Shown: piece after piece, positions 1 to 12,948 of the stretch
Layout: each line of letters begins with the position of its first letter
Numbering within the stretch: the stretch's first letter is position 1
Assembly (NCBI GenBank): GCA_973895155.1
Contig: OZ316897.1
Coordinates: forward strand, 22,419,455-22,483,454
Source: Marsupella aquatica
Lineage: Eukaryota; Plantae; Marchantiophyta
DNA: 64,000 bases
Reading direction: 5' to 3'
Notes under the pieces: model-generated
The model's database searches: none
Seen by the model: only the letters and a program-made list of their open reading frames with translations
Told to the model about the DNA's origin: nothing
Position numbers and translations under genes: made by a program

Positions 1-460
1 GCGAATCTGACAAGGATGATATTTCTCCTCCAAGAAATAGTCTAAAATAGTAAAATAAGCGTACCGGTATACTAGCCAGGTTGTCCCAGGGGACGAAGAT
101 TCACAGCAACACTTGGACGAGAGAATCAGAGAATCATTTAGACAAAGCAGGATCACAAAATCACGACAGAAAGAAACAACAGACAAGTACTAAAATATTA
201 CTGTACTGTAGTTTGTTTACACATGCACTGTGTGGATTCTGTTGAAGAACATTGTCTGCTCATTTGGGTTCCCAATCCAAATCTCCACCTGGTCCCAAAT
301 CTCCACCTGGCCTTCAGTGTCTTCTCGATAAGGTTTAGGAGTATTTCTGTATTTGTAACTTGACTACGTACTTAGTTTTAATAATAAGAAGAAAGAAGGT
401 TAAGGCCCAGTGATTCTCGTCAGAGTGAATGTTTGATATACCCATTTAATCCTCCACACA
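1..460 (+). mobile_element. Possible 3' part of an LTR, truncated by the window start
   Basis: Short internal direct repeat (CCAAATCTCCACCTGG x2, ~277-312), an AATAATAA poly(A)-like signal, and a U5-like tail ending ...TCCTCCACACA. No partner LTR is visible in the window. Confidence 0.3.
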
Positions 461-516
461 AATGGTTAATCGACCCCCTGGAAAAGTTTAAGGTCTGATT
501 GACCCCCAACATTTAA

Positions 517-721
517 GGAGAGATACTAGTTGGACCCGTAAATTGAGATGTGACTTAAGGACCATTGATTTAAGTTCAATGGTCACATGAGACTTTAGGA
601 CCATTGATTTAAGTTCTATCAAGGGTATGGATCACTCAGGGGGTCCATCAAGTAAAGATTTTCATTTTAGGGGTCCATCAAGAATATCTCTCACATTTAA
701 GGCCCAACTTGTATGTCCTCC
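517..721. mobile_element. Degenerate MITE-like foldback element (~205 bp)
   Basis: Left end GGAGAGATACTAGTTGGACCCGTAAATTGAGA is an imperfect reverse complement of right end TCTCTCACATTTAAGGCCCAACTTGTATGTCCTCC. Internal direct repeats: AGGACCATTGATTTAAGTTC x2 and GGGGTCCATCAAG x2. Confidence 0.4.
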
Positions 722-779
722 ACTGTTCTTTTCCAGCCCTGAAACTGAAAGACGTCATCATACCATTCATTTGAGCTGC

Positions 780-1850
780 CATGCCATAAGCCCCTAGATA
801 GGCATGCCTGATGGCACTCAGAAAGGCCCTCAGTAATGGGAGCCTTCAGTGATAGCACTGCATGTGCCTTGCCTGCCTACAAATATATGACACCAGAGAA
901 AACCCACTGAACATCCCCCAATCTTGAAGACATATGTTGGAACATGTACACAAAATCTATTGGCAAAACTCCACTGAATTGAAAAGACTGCTTATGCTCT
1001 GCCTCAACCAAACACTCCACCCCCTGGCCACCTGTATGCCCACCCTTGATCGCCTTGATGAAAGACAAGCCAAACAAATCCTATCCAGTCTGACAAAGCA
1101 ATGAAAAAACCCAAATGAATGTTTCTAAATCGTGCCACTACCCTGGACTTTTGGGAGTTTGGGGTAGGGTCTGTCAGCCTATACAGTTAGACACTATCAC
1201 CTTGCTAAGTAGGTCGGGTCTATGAAGTATTTGGCTCCTGATGTTGACCAAAGTGAATATAACATCTACCCATTGGCAATCTAGTATCAACACCCTGGTG
1301 AGTTACTCTCTTCCTTTTTCTTGAAAGGAGGGAGACCAACCTTGACTGCACAGCCCACGCAACTGAGCCAACCATTGGGTCACGAGAGACCCTATTTTTC
1401 AGATAAGGCAAACCAAAGATCCTGAGGGTCAATACATAATCACATAGTCGAATACACTTAGGGCTTTCCTACTGTCCAAGCGTTTATCCAGCTCAGGCAG
1501 CATGTCCCTCCCCTCTTTTAGAAAAATGAACAAATAATAAAAACAATCATAGACATGCAAAGCGGGGAAACACCACACTTGTCCACAATAGAGTCTTAGG
1601 CTAAAGAATGGGGAGAAAAAGTTGGGTGAAACAAAGGACGACCAACACAATGAGTCATGAAACTCTGATTGAGGTCATGTAGTCTCATTCTGCTCAAGCT
1701 GAACTGCCGGTGACTTGGAGCAAAGCACATCCTCAACCCCTTATCATTGGCACCCCTATACTGAGGGACGACTCTCAATTCACCTAAATAGCCAGTCCAC
1801 TCAATCACCCTGATTTGGCACACAACAGACAACTCTATTATGTGTCATTC
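780..1850 (-). pseudogene. Heavily decayed LINE (L1-like) ORF2 remnant
   Basis: Minus-strand fragments resemble the post-RT region of plant L1 ORF2 (VAWAVQSRLVSLLSRKRKRV; a WDRIC segment). Many stops and frameshifts; CpG-poor by eye. Confidence 0.3.
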
Positions 1851-4083
1851 TAAATTTTCTGTCTTTTTGCATTTAGTGTTTACCCAAAAAAATTGAATCA
1901 GTGCCTTCATTTTTGCTGGTGGCAATACACTAAAATAATTATATTCAAAGCTACTCGTGACCAAAACCAGCAGGGAACAAAATTGCTGGAAGTCTCTTAG
2001 CTAGTAGCCTAGGCCCATATGTTAAGCTGACTAACTCAAACTTAACTCTTTTGATTTAGCCATGTCCTTATTGCCAACAATTAATCCGGGTCTCACCCTT
2101 GCATCTCCAAGGTTTTCAGCTGCCCACCTCTGCCTTACAGCTCTAGTGTCCATACCATTGTGGTATGCCCTATCGAGTGCCCTATCTGAAGCATTCCAAA
2201 GACGGATATAGTAATAATGTATGTATGTGTATAGTTAATTGGACCATGTATGAATCCGAGTGGGATATTTATTAATCACATTGTCTCAAAACCTGACTTC
2301 AAGACTTGACAATCCTAATTGACATGGTCATCAAGCTCTCAACTGCTTTGGATGAAAATATCTCTTTTCCATTTCTTGAGTATTTGGACTACTTCTCGAT
2401 GGGGATAAGGGCGTCAAGTCGTCATCCATGCTTAGCCGGATGAGCCTTAAAAAATAAAATTTTAGTGTATGTCAAGCCTTGAGTAAAGTCTGACAAAGTG
2501 ACACATGGGTCAACTGAAAATCTGGCAACGCAAGTGGTATGGCATTTACAGGTCCTTTTTCAGCACATCATGTGAACAATGCTATCAGGGAAAATTCAGA
2601 GGTTATGTGCCAGTCCATGGAGATTTGTTGGGCCATGGGACCCAAATAGAATGGAATAAAATATCAAATCTAGAATGTATATCACAAATCCGATAACACC
2701 CTCTGATATTTCCCCTAGTGGGTGTATCTTGACAGGCTTTCTTCACTCAAGTTGCTTATCAATCGGGTAATTAAACATCAGATTCTGGAGATAGACACCT
2801 CGAAAAGCAGAGAAGGCCCACCACCATCATTTGCGATGGCACTTGTATGGTCAAAATTAATTGCCCCACTGCACAGCCATTGCAGAAACACACGTGTCTG
2901 GGTTGCCTTTCAAATTCTTCCAGCTCTCTGTTTAATTATATATCTGCTGCCATTTTAAGCTTTGCACTTGAGTAGAAGGTTGACCTCGTGTGTGTCTTGC
3001 TGGTATGTGCCAAAACCCCAGGTAGCCCCCACCCAAGGTAGGTGACTGACTGAAACGACTCAGACAAACCCCCAGCCTGTGGGAGTTTGTGAGATCTGGT
3101 CTATTTGGGGAAGTTCGGTGGAACAGTTTTACGTCTGCTATCATACAATAATTTGGCTATTTCTAATGTGCAGTTCAGGATTTTGAGTGTTCCACTCTCA
3201 GGGTTGCCACTTAGGATCTATCCATTTGGGATCTGGAATCTTCTAATCTGCCATCGACGAATGGTTTCTCTCCTGTGGAAGCTTCTTGGGACCAATCAAA
3301 GATCGACTCCAAATGGCTGAGTGTTTCTTCAGCAGGTGGTTGAGAAAACTTTGCTAGCGAATCCCATATTTAAGGAATATTTATGGAAAAGTGATTAAAA
3401 CGTGATCAATGTAACCCTAAGATGACAAGCAGGTTTAGGGCCTTGAGGGCATTTATAATAATCACAAATGTCACCCTGTCAATAGTCACGCTAATGCCAA
3501 CCAGCTTACCACTATGACATTGGGTAAGCACCAAGACTTGCTCTCTACGACACAAATACAAAGCAAGACGTGCAATAACACTTGCTCTCCACTAGAGTAG
3601 ATAGTTTTGGACCTGACTAAGACCTGACTACAAAATATTTTGTGCTTGCGAAACCTCCAAAGAAAGTTTGGATGTAAATTTAAATAATAGTCTAAGCATC
3701 TTGATTAAACACTGACTTTGCACTGAGTAATTTTTTTGAATAAATACAGGAGAGTTATATTTTGGCATTGCGATATTTCATGGAATAAAAATTAATTAAT
3801 GCTTTGTGCCGGTCTGTGCGGGATGGCGCTACAGAAATAGTTCAGAAATGGAAGACAAGAATGGATAGTCTACAGCTACCGGCCAAATAGCTGTCCACAT
3901 TTCAGACAGTTTGCACATGGATGTAACTATTTGCAGAGTTGTCAAGTGCCATTTCAATTGAGTATGTGTGGGAAATATTGCTCCTAGCATTGTTGTCAAG
4001 ATGTGAAGATTATCAACAGCATTTTGTTTACTTTGCTTGTGCTTTGATTGTAATTCATGAATTTGCACTTTTTGTGTTCAATG

Positions 4084-4290
4084 TTGTCAAGATTAGGAAA
4101 AACTGAAACACAACCCTGAATATTCAAACACAATGCCACATTCGAACACAAGGCCATATTTGAACACAACGCCCGGGCGTTGTGTTAAAATGACGTTGTG
4201 TTCAAGTTAAAACTACTTTTTCTTACCAAGACTAACAAATTTAACCTTTCGAACACAATGCCCGGGCGTTGTGTTCGGGGGAAGACAGTA
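4084..4290. repeat. Cluster of AACACAA motifs with two long palindromes
   Basis: Perfect 24-bp palindrome AACACAACGCCCGGGCGTTGTGTT at 4163-4186, a near-perfect 28-bp copy at 4250-4277, and several further half-sites. Confidence 0.8.
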
Positions 4291-4427
4291 GCCTTGAACC
4301 TTCTTATTGCCATCCCCAAATGAGGATGACCAAACCGTTGGCGTACATATGTCCTGGATTGGAAATTATTCCCTTTCCATGTTTTAGTATATGTTAGTAT
4401 AATCTCTCAGGATTATTTCAAAAAAAT

Positions 4428-4750
4428 ATGTAGACACAAGCCCTATGCCCGTGCGTTGCATGGCGCAATGAGGGCCGGCCCATAGGGAGTCAGCCCGGGG
4501 GGGGGCGAGAGGCTGGGGGCCCAGCGCATCGGGACTCGAGGGGAGGGCAAGGCAGGGTGTCAGGGTGAGGGCGTCAAGGCAAGGCAGGGCATGGACTGAG
4601 GGGAGGGCGAGAGGCAGGGCGAGCGCATCGGGACTAAGTGGAAGGCGAGGCATTGTGAGGCCAGCGAGGCATTGCAAGCATTGATGCCCATATGTGTATA
4701 TTGCGAGGGGGGTCCATAATGAAGGCACGGGCGTGGGAGGCCTCGCTAGA
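4428..4750 (-). mobile_element. Helitron-like 3' terminus with adjacent GC-rich low-complexity repeats
   Basis: Minus strand reads CCATGCAACGCACGGGC...CTAC, close to the typical plant Helitron 3' hairpin (CCGTTGCAACGCACGGGC) followed by CTRR, here degenerate. Adjacent GAGGGCAAGGCAGGG-like and GCGCATCGGGACT repeats. Confidence 0.4.
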
Positions 4751-6689
4751 GAGGGCAAATGCTAATCAAATGGATACCAAAATCCTCTAAAATATCTAAC
4801 GGCCAGTTTTGAATCCCCTGATTCTGGATTTTGTAACGGGACGAAGGATAAAAATGGCGGCATTGTCTATTATAGTTGTAGATTCTGGTACAGAACCCCA
4901 AGTAGGGACGTCTCTGGGGAAGAAATTGTATGTTATTTTTTATGTGCTGTAATGTTTTTAATAGTAGACTTAACTGCAATGGCTGTGCATGTCCTCGTGC
5001 AAGTTTTACAAAACATTTTCAAATAGAACTTATATGCAGACTTGCTCAACCAAAGATGATATGTCACTCTTTTTTACAAAACTGGCATGACATGACAAAA
5101 CCAGCACAAAAGGGCCGGACTATTTGCATGGAAACTCTTTTTGCAACTCGATGTATCAAAGTTTTGCAAAAGAAGCACCAACAAATACAAAACTAGTGAG
5201 TTTATGGATAAGTCTCATTTGTTGAAATGTATGATTGTCAATGCTTCAAAAATGTTAGACATCTTTTTCAATGTATAGTGTCTCACAAATAAGGTACTCC
5301 AAGCATCTTTCCTTGGAAAACATGTTCCTGAAAGTTTGTGCTAGACTTCACAAATAATCTCAGGAAGATCCCATACTTAGACATAATTACATAACTCATA
5401 GATAAAGTTTTCTTTTTGTAGGTAAGAAATTATGGAGACTGCCCTCGTGACTTGTTGTCTCCCCATCATTCTGTGTTGCTTTGGGGTATTGTGCAAAGCA
5501 GTCATGACCTAGAGAGTGATTGTGAGAACAAGACATGGATAAGGCTTCTTGACGCAGTGCTTCCTGCTCTCTTTACAAACAGAAAATGCAAACAGTGTGA
5601 TGATACAATTCTCCAAATACTTCATGATCTTTGTGATCTCATCAGTACTTGATAAAATCTATCAATGTTAAGGGCATTGGAAAGCTAAAGAAACTTGGAA
5701 ACCCCTTGTTGTTGTATTTTTTATTTCATTCAACAAGTTGGAGCAATGAAGAGTTGCATATTAGAATAGGTTTGATTATGAAGATGCGAGGACAAATATT
5801 AAATGTATGAGTCTGATTCAAGTGGGTTTTAAGGTAGTTAGGACATGTTCAATTTCATTCAAGACAAAGAGTAGTTAATTCATGGTGAAGCCTCTCATGA
5901 AGGGACAAGGAGTTGCATTCTCTGATGCCTTTGCTACATCTTTAAGGTCATGCACATGGTGAAGGAGCAAGGAGAGAAAAGCTCAAATAGGCTGCATTTT
6001 ATCGATATGTGTGAGTACGGCTTGAGTTGAATCTAAGTATCTGTAAAGTTTGTCACATAATGGTTGAATGTTTAATAGAGTGCATGATCCTATCTTAGGC
6101 AGGTCAATTTGGGTGAAGAATATCCAATAGTAAGGGATTTCAAGATGGAAACAGATTTGTGCCTAGTGGAAATAAACAGTGAGGTTTAGGGGAATTTACA
6201 CAAATGGAAAGTTACTTTGTAGAACATCCTACCATGCAGTTTGTCGACTAGCCTCTTTCAAGAAAAAAATTTAAAAATCCAGTCTCCCAGAGCAGTTTGT
6301 GAGCTTGGTTTTTTCTTACTTGTGAGCTTGTTCTCACATCTCCAGTGCACCAAGCAGTTTGTGCACTTTTCAAGTTAATGCACTAATAATCAGACTGGTT
6401 TGAGCTCCAGCAATGGAAGTTTTGTGTAGCAAGACGAACATGCATTCAACCATGTAGCCTGGTGGAAAGCAGTGAGGAGAAGAGGATGCCTGCATGGCTA
6501 CCAAGATGGCTTGCCAATGAGGCGTGTAGTGTTGAAGTTACCAGAGTTTGTATATGACTGTGATGAACAAAGGTGACATAATAATCAACTTTAAACAGTA
6601 GAAGTCACGTTCTCGTTCTTTTTAAACTCAGAAGACCATTAGTAAAAGGCGACGGACTGAATGACGTGACCCACTAGAAGTAAAAACTA

Positions 6690-7430
6690 AATGGAAAGGT
6701 ACTATGTCATACCGCACACCTCCGGGAGATGCAGGGCCAGGAGAGGAGGATTTTACATAAGGCGTTGCACAAGTGGTCTGTGCATCTTAATTGGTTGCCC
6801 AACACTCATGTTTTGTGGCGCAGGACCTGGCTACCCTTCCGTGCCACGTCCAAGAATTGTTTCTTATGGCAAATGGTATACCGTATCCCCTGCCACCCAA
6901 CATTGGTGCTTCCCTTCCCTCCCTCCTTCTGATTCCTCCACATGGTGTAAACAATGTAACTTGGACTTGCAAGAGGATCAATATTGTTCATTGTATTTGG
7001 AGCTACCCAGTCTCTCGTCGGGTCTGGAACTGGGTGCAACACATTTTGAGGACTGCTTCAGTCACTAGTCAACCTCACATCGGACTGCAACCTACTCTCA
7101 TCTTCCAGCCTGGCTGTGCAACTGCGGATGAATGGGATGTGCCCCAAAGGCTCTGGGACACACTCAGGGCAATTGTTTGCTGGAATATTTGGAAGGGCAA
7201 GAGCACCCACTTCATTAAACACTCGTTCTGACCCCCATCTTGTAATTAGGAAATCCTGGCATAGGCTCACTGCTTACATATGTAGGGACTGGGCTCATCT
7301 TAGACAGAGGTTAAGAGCAGGGAAGGACTACAGTGCTTACGCTGGCCTCTGGGAGGCCCATGCTGACATCCTTCAGGTCCCCCCGTGCCCTTATGAAACG
7401 TTTCAGCTGTTCAAGGTAGAGGTTTGACCT
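6690..7430 (+). pseudogene. 5'-truncated LINE (L1-like) ORF2 C-terminal remnant (zf-RVT region)
   Basis: ORF 6791-7231 contains CKRINIVHCIWSYPVSRRVW...LWDTLRAIVCWNIWKG, matching the C..HxxWxC....VW and W.IW..RN pattern of plant L1 ORF2 C-termini. Frameshifted. Confidence 0.65.
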
Positions 7431-7864
7431 GTAAATTAGATTGATGAGTCTCCTTTTGTCTCGGACCCATTGAGTGGCCCCCAGCCGGGGCTGTTTCATC
7501 GGCTGGTCTTGGGTGTGTGAGGCTCCCCCTACAGTAGTTGAATGTAGTGTTTGGCTGTCTCTCTGTGGAGGCCTGGCCTCTATCTTGGTCCCGGTCCCCC
7601 CTGTTCCTAGTACTTGACCTCAGGTCCCCTTTCGGGTGTTGTCCCCCCTTTTTGTGGGCCACCGTGAATGATGTAATTTGTCTCTTTGAATGGAATTCAA
7701 CTAGATGTTTCAAGGCAAAAAGAAAGGTACGGTGTCTTGTAAGAGCCTGACAATGTAACACATCCGCCAATACACCATAGAGATCGGACTTTCGTAGAAG
7801 CTTTTGATCGCCAAAGAACGAGAATCACAAGAGCGTGCACTCCATACTCAAATCAAAGAATTGG

Positions 7865-8130
7865 TCTGATGTTCCTTTCCTCTCCATTAATGACAAACAA
7901 CACAATCTTTGAGAAGTGGTAGGGCTCCTCCTCGACAGCAAGTACTGGAATGGCAATATATCTGAGGAGACTCACTCAAAGGTCCTTTTAGATCCTGTAA
8001 AGTATCACTCTGATGTTCCTTTCTTTTCCATCACATAACAATGCAGCACCCAATCTTTCAGAAGTAAATTAGCTATAGATCTCCTTCACGACAAGAACTT
8101 TGACACCAATTTTGATGACTCATTCAACTG
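7865..8130 (+). repeat. Degenerate ~145-bp tandem duplication
   Basis: TCTGATGTTCCTTTC at 7865 and 8009, followed colinearly by CAATCTTT(G/C)AGAAGT and similar downstream motifs. Confidence 0.6.
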
Positions 8131-11100
8131 TTTCTCTGTGTTCCTTGGATCTGGTTTAGATCCAACATGGTGTCTTTCAAGGGAGGAACATATCATTTGT
8201 CACATCATTCCATATTCAAGACGGGTAAAGTAAGTATCCATATGGAATGATCATGCCAACTGAGGTTACTTACATAATCGGTCTGGAAGCAGTGGGGCCC
8301 ATTAGCCCAAATCTGATGGTCCTCCTTGTAACGTAGGGAGATCTAATGGTTATAAATTAACCAAGGAAAACTAGAGAAGGAATATTTTTAGCATTGTCTC
8401 CTTCACACAAGACTACATTCACCCGTGGACCTGGTGAAATGGAGATAGCCTTTAAGTAAATTAGGAATTACCAGTCTATGTTGCCCACCTAAGAACATCG
8501 CTGCCCCATGTCCCCGCCCTATATCCACTACATGTCTCATAGTGATCAATTTTCTGGGGGTTGCTACCCCAGCGGTACTCTGTATAGCTCAATCAATAGA
8601 ACTCCCACATTTGCCACCACAAGTGGCCTCTAGTAATGCCCACCTTCCCATCCCCCAAAGAGATGAGTGATCAACTTGCAATGACCCAAGTGACAATCCA
8701 CTCAAGTACTAGTCTATTTTAGTGAGTGACAAGGGGTCATCCCCACTTGAAATTACAGGAAACCGTTTCTAAGAGGAATCAAAAGGAAAAAGCCAGAGCA
8801 GTTGTAGAATCTTAGTTCGCAAAGATGTTTGTCACCCCCTCCATCTACTGTAGTGGCATCTCGGTTTGCACTAACCCCACAATAAAGAAATAATTATTTA
8901 AAAAATAGCCCCACCAGCAAAACTCTGTGGGGTCATTGTAATAAATTTGTCATGAATGTAAATTTCAAAGAATGTTCCAAGCATCCTGGTGCAAAGCACT
9001 GGTCCCTCAATGTATTATAGTGTTTTAAAAATTAGAAAATAAGACAAGAGACTTCTCTTAACTCACTTGAATTCTCTTGTCTTCTTTTTTAATACTCCTT
9101 GGATGAAAAATAATCAAAGTTTACATAGGTCCAGCAAGAACCTGGACGGAGCTGCTGTAATCTCTACCAAAGATACCCTTGACAACTCACTTACTTGTGC
9201 AAGGGTGGTCACCCAAATCACTCTCATTTGCAAAAGCACTGTCTGGGTGTATGAACAATGCATTGTGGTCACCAATGAGTATTAGGGCATTTCAAATCTG
9301 AAGTGCCACAGAAAGAGACACAGCCAGCAAGTCTGACTTACTTACTTGGGTCACAAGTGGTAGGACAAGCTTTTTATGAGTCCGTCACCTTACTTCTGGA
9401 AAACATTTTTGGCAGTGACCTGAGCCCAAACCTAGAGAAGTGAGATGCCCAATACTTGTAGGAACACAATTTCTTTGTGCAATTGAACAGGTAGAATGAT
9501 CTTCATGTTTTGGCCAATAACTCTTGACAAATGAATGATTCCAATGCATCCTCAAATGCTTGGGAGCTGGTTTTTCTCCAAATGATGCAGTTTGATGCAA
9601 ACACATTGGTGTGTATTGAAGTCCCAATTTGCATTACTGTGGCTTATCCGAGCCCATGTGTGTAACTCCATTTGAAACCAAGCTATCTATTTTGTTTTAA
9701 CTTTAGCCTGAGAGCAAAACGTACTCAGCATATGGCAAGGGACCAAATCTGCCCAAGCATGTTTGAGGAGCACAAGCAATGAGTTCATAGATAAGTCTAG
9801 TCTTTTTCTGAAATAGAAAAGTAAGTTCTGTAGATAGTAACACAGTGCCCTATAAAATGAGGGTTTGCACTTGAGTTATGAGAGTCTATTATTGCCCATG
9901 ATACACTTGTAGGAGCATTTAATTACACATAAATGCCTAAGGACCTTGTTGAGGCCCTTCCTAGCCTTAATTGGTTTTGAAAGGTCCTTGCCGCCCTTGG
10001 CAAAGCGTGAGCTGTTATTAACAGTAAGGGGTCAGTCTATCTTGACCAATTTATACCTGGACAGACTTGTTTTTTAACCATAATCTCTCATTCTTATGAA
10101 CTTTGTAAGAGATGCGCATTATTGGACAAGTAAGTGATGAATTTTCTGATATAAGATTTTCCTGAAGAAAGTTTGAGGAAAATTTGAGGTAGAATATAGA
10201 TTTTCTATAGAATGTATTTAATATATTTTCTACCCCGATAAGATCATATCAGAAAAATCTTTTACCTCAAAATAGTTTATTTAAGTATAAGAGAATATTC
10301 TATAGAATGTAGAAAAATTGGAATTCCCTGTTTAAATCCTCTGCATTCTTCTCCACAAAAGCACCAGTAATTAAAAGAGGAAAATACAAAGGGCACTAAG
10401 TTAACAATTTGCGAATACTCCAGAAAAGCAAAAAGAATTACTCCCATTAAGGAGGTGTCCTAGTTTTTCTCAGGGGCTTGATTTTTGGTAACCTCTAAGG
10501 CTCAGTTGGGGATTGTCACAGATTTCTGTGTATCTGGCCGCCGGTTGGCGTTGTGCCTTGTGGATAGGGTTTGAACTCCCATCTGCGGGGTTTCAGCGGT
10601 TTCACATGTATAAAAAAGCACAACAAACTGCAACGACAAAACCCACTAAGGTTAAGTTAACAAGGTCCCTCTTGTGGGAACCAGGAGTAACATTTTGGCT
10701 CCATGAGGTTGTGTGGGACTTGGCACCAGAAAAAAAACCATTGTTTTATTAGGACCCAGAAAAAAGCAAAAGACCGCTTTATTGGGTTGGTGTAGGATAG
10801 ATTTCCTTTTCTTTTGGTAGCCTAATAATACGAAGCTGTGCCCGGAGTCACTGTAGCGAGGAGTAGGGTCTAGGGGACAGCTCTTTTGTGTCGAGCCTGC
10901 CCCCTGCCCCCCCTGCCGCAGCCTGCCCGTCAGGATATTGAATGCAGTCGTACACAGTCATCCCTTTTGAATCTTATCGAATCATCATCGAGCCAGCCCA
11001 GCCCAGCCCAGGCTGCCCTGCCAGCACGAGGGAACAAAAACGTAGCGAAATTTCGCCGCATGTCCAAAAAAGTTCTGCGTACGGTCTGGAAGAGTGTGAT

Positions 11101-12924
11101 GTAGAATAATAGTTAAATTCCTGTACCAGTAAAAACGCGTACGGTCGGACGAGGGATGTGAATATTAGTAAAGTCCTCTACCAGTAAAAAACTACAGCAA
11201 TGGTGACTAGTTTCAGTGTTTCACTGTTCCCAAAATGAAAAAGTTAGTTTTATCTGGTTTCAGACTCGTGTAGGTGGTCATTTAAATTTCTCCCGACCAC
11301 AAAGTTTTCTCACTCTGCTTTCTCTGGCATTTCACTGTACCTATCCAAAACATGGGTTCGTGGCCCATTTGAAAGCAAGACACCGTTTTCCTAGCATGTG
11401 CTTTTCATATGAAAGTTTTCAGGGTGCAGTGTCTGGTGTTTAAGTTTGTCACCGGGTCCCTAAACAAGTTTAATGGGCAGGCTGTCATAGCTGGACATTT
11501 TTTTCTCCCCATTTCCCAAAGTAGATTTTCCCAAAGTAGATTTTTCCAGCCTATCTTGGGAGGTCTGATTATTTCTAATTTGAGAGACCCAGATTTCCTT
11601 CCTTGCATATACCATAGTGATAATTGGGTCCAAGCAAAAAGGCACATACTTATGTTTTTGGCACCCTTGTGACGTTTCCAAAAGAGGTGGGCTGGAAAAT
11701 ATGGGGGCAGTTGTGGGAAAACGGGGAGGGAGTAGGGTTAAGGGCACAAGCTAGCCTGAACAAACTTTACATGAACCATAATGCCCCCCAAAACAGTGTG
11801 ATCTATCGAAACTGGCACACCACCACATGTTCTCACAAGGTACAGTATCAGCCGAACGAAAAAGAAGAAGAAGTAGAGTGAGAAAATACTTTGGTCAGAA
11901 AAAACGAACCGGCCATCCACGAGAGTCTGGAAAACAAATAAACAAAAAGGGGGGGGGGGGCCACTCTCGAAAGGTCTGGAAAGGAGGAGAAATAAATTAG
12001 ACTTTGTTGAGAATCCAGAACCTGCTGTACTGTAGTTAGCATTACGGTGTTTCCACCTTTGCATATATTCCTTTTACTGCAGTAGTAGGAGCAGTACGTG
12101 CCCTGTTCCTCGTTCGATTGCGTTGCGTTGCGTTGCCGGACGGGCAGCGGGACTCGGCAGCAGCCGGTCAATATGCAGGTGAACTATTGCCTCAGACTTT
12201 GGTGGTCGCGCACCGCTCCCATTGGCCGGGCTCCCGAATCTGCGCTGACATTCCGTTTCTACGGGCACTGTGACGAGATTTTAAGGATCTGAGATTGATT
12301 AACGCTTTAACTCTCGCTCATCATCTCGTTTCACTTGTGTGCGACACTGCGACACTGCGACCCCTCTGATGGACACCGCTAACTTCCCCGGAAGCGCTGG
12401 CCGAGCCGCCAGTTTAGCGACACAGGTACCGAATCGCCTTTTTTACTTTGCCGGGCGGGGAAACTAGGCTGTCGACATCCGGCCCCGACCGGTACTGTTC
12501 CCCGGGGCCACGCGATGGACGATCTCGGCCGTTCGATCTGCGGCCGTCCGGCTGCCCGTCAGCGTTGGAGAGGACAGGGAAATAGTAACATTGCGTGGGT
12601 CACTACGGTGACCGGAGCGGGAGTCAACGCGCGTGGGTCTTGCGGGGGACCGGCGGTCGGTAATGGGATCCAGACGGTGCTGTCGGGGCAGACCGCCAGA
12701 GGGATGGCGACAGCAGCAGCCCGGCGCCTGACCGGGATTTCTCGGGCGGGCAGGGCAGCAGAAAACCAGGGCCCGAAAAAAATGCCGTCGGAAAGGAGGA
12801 GAGGTGGTCCGGTGCCGAACGAAGAATCTGGGGAACGAGTTTTTACCGTGAGGAGAGTTCGGCCAAAAGCCGTGCCAATTGTAGCGGGATGGGGAAACGA
12901 TTGCCCGACAACACTGCAGATGGG

Positions 12925-12948
12925 TTTTATAGAGAGAGCGAGAGAGAG
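12925..12948 (+). promoter_or_regulatory. Putative TATA box and GA-repeat upstream of the KANADI leader
   Basis: TTTTATAG followed by (GA)n, at the end of a GC/CpG-rich block (~12100-12900) about 1.8 kb upstream of the ATG. Confidence 0.35.

Noticed and set aside
8150-9800. Possible decayed DNA-transposase coding sequence (similar case at ~23100-24550)
   Set aside because: Too degenerate to assign any catalytic motif without a profile search.
10845-11208. Possible TIR element (GTCACTGTAG...CTACAGCAATGGTGAC) with an internal TACCAGTAAAAA duplication
   Set aside because: The inverted match is short and interrupted, and no clear TSD is present.
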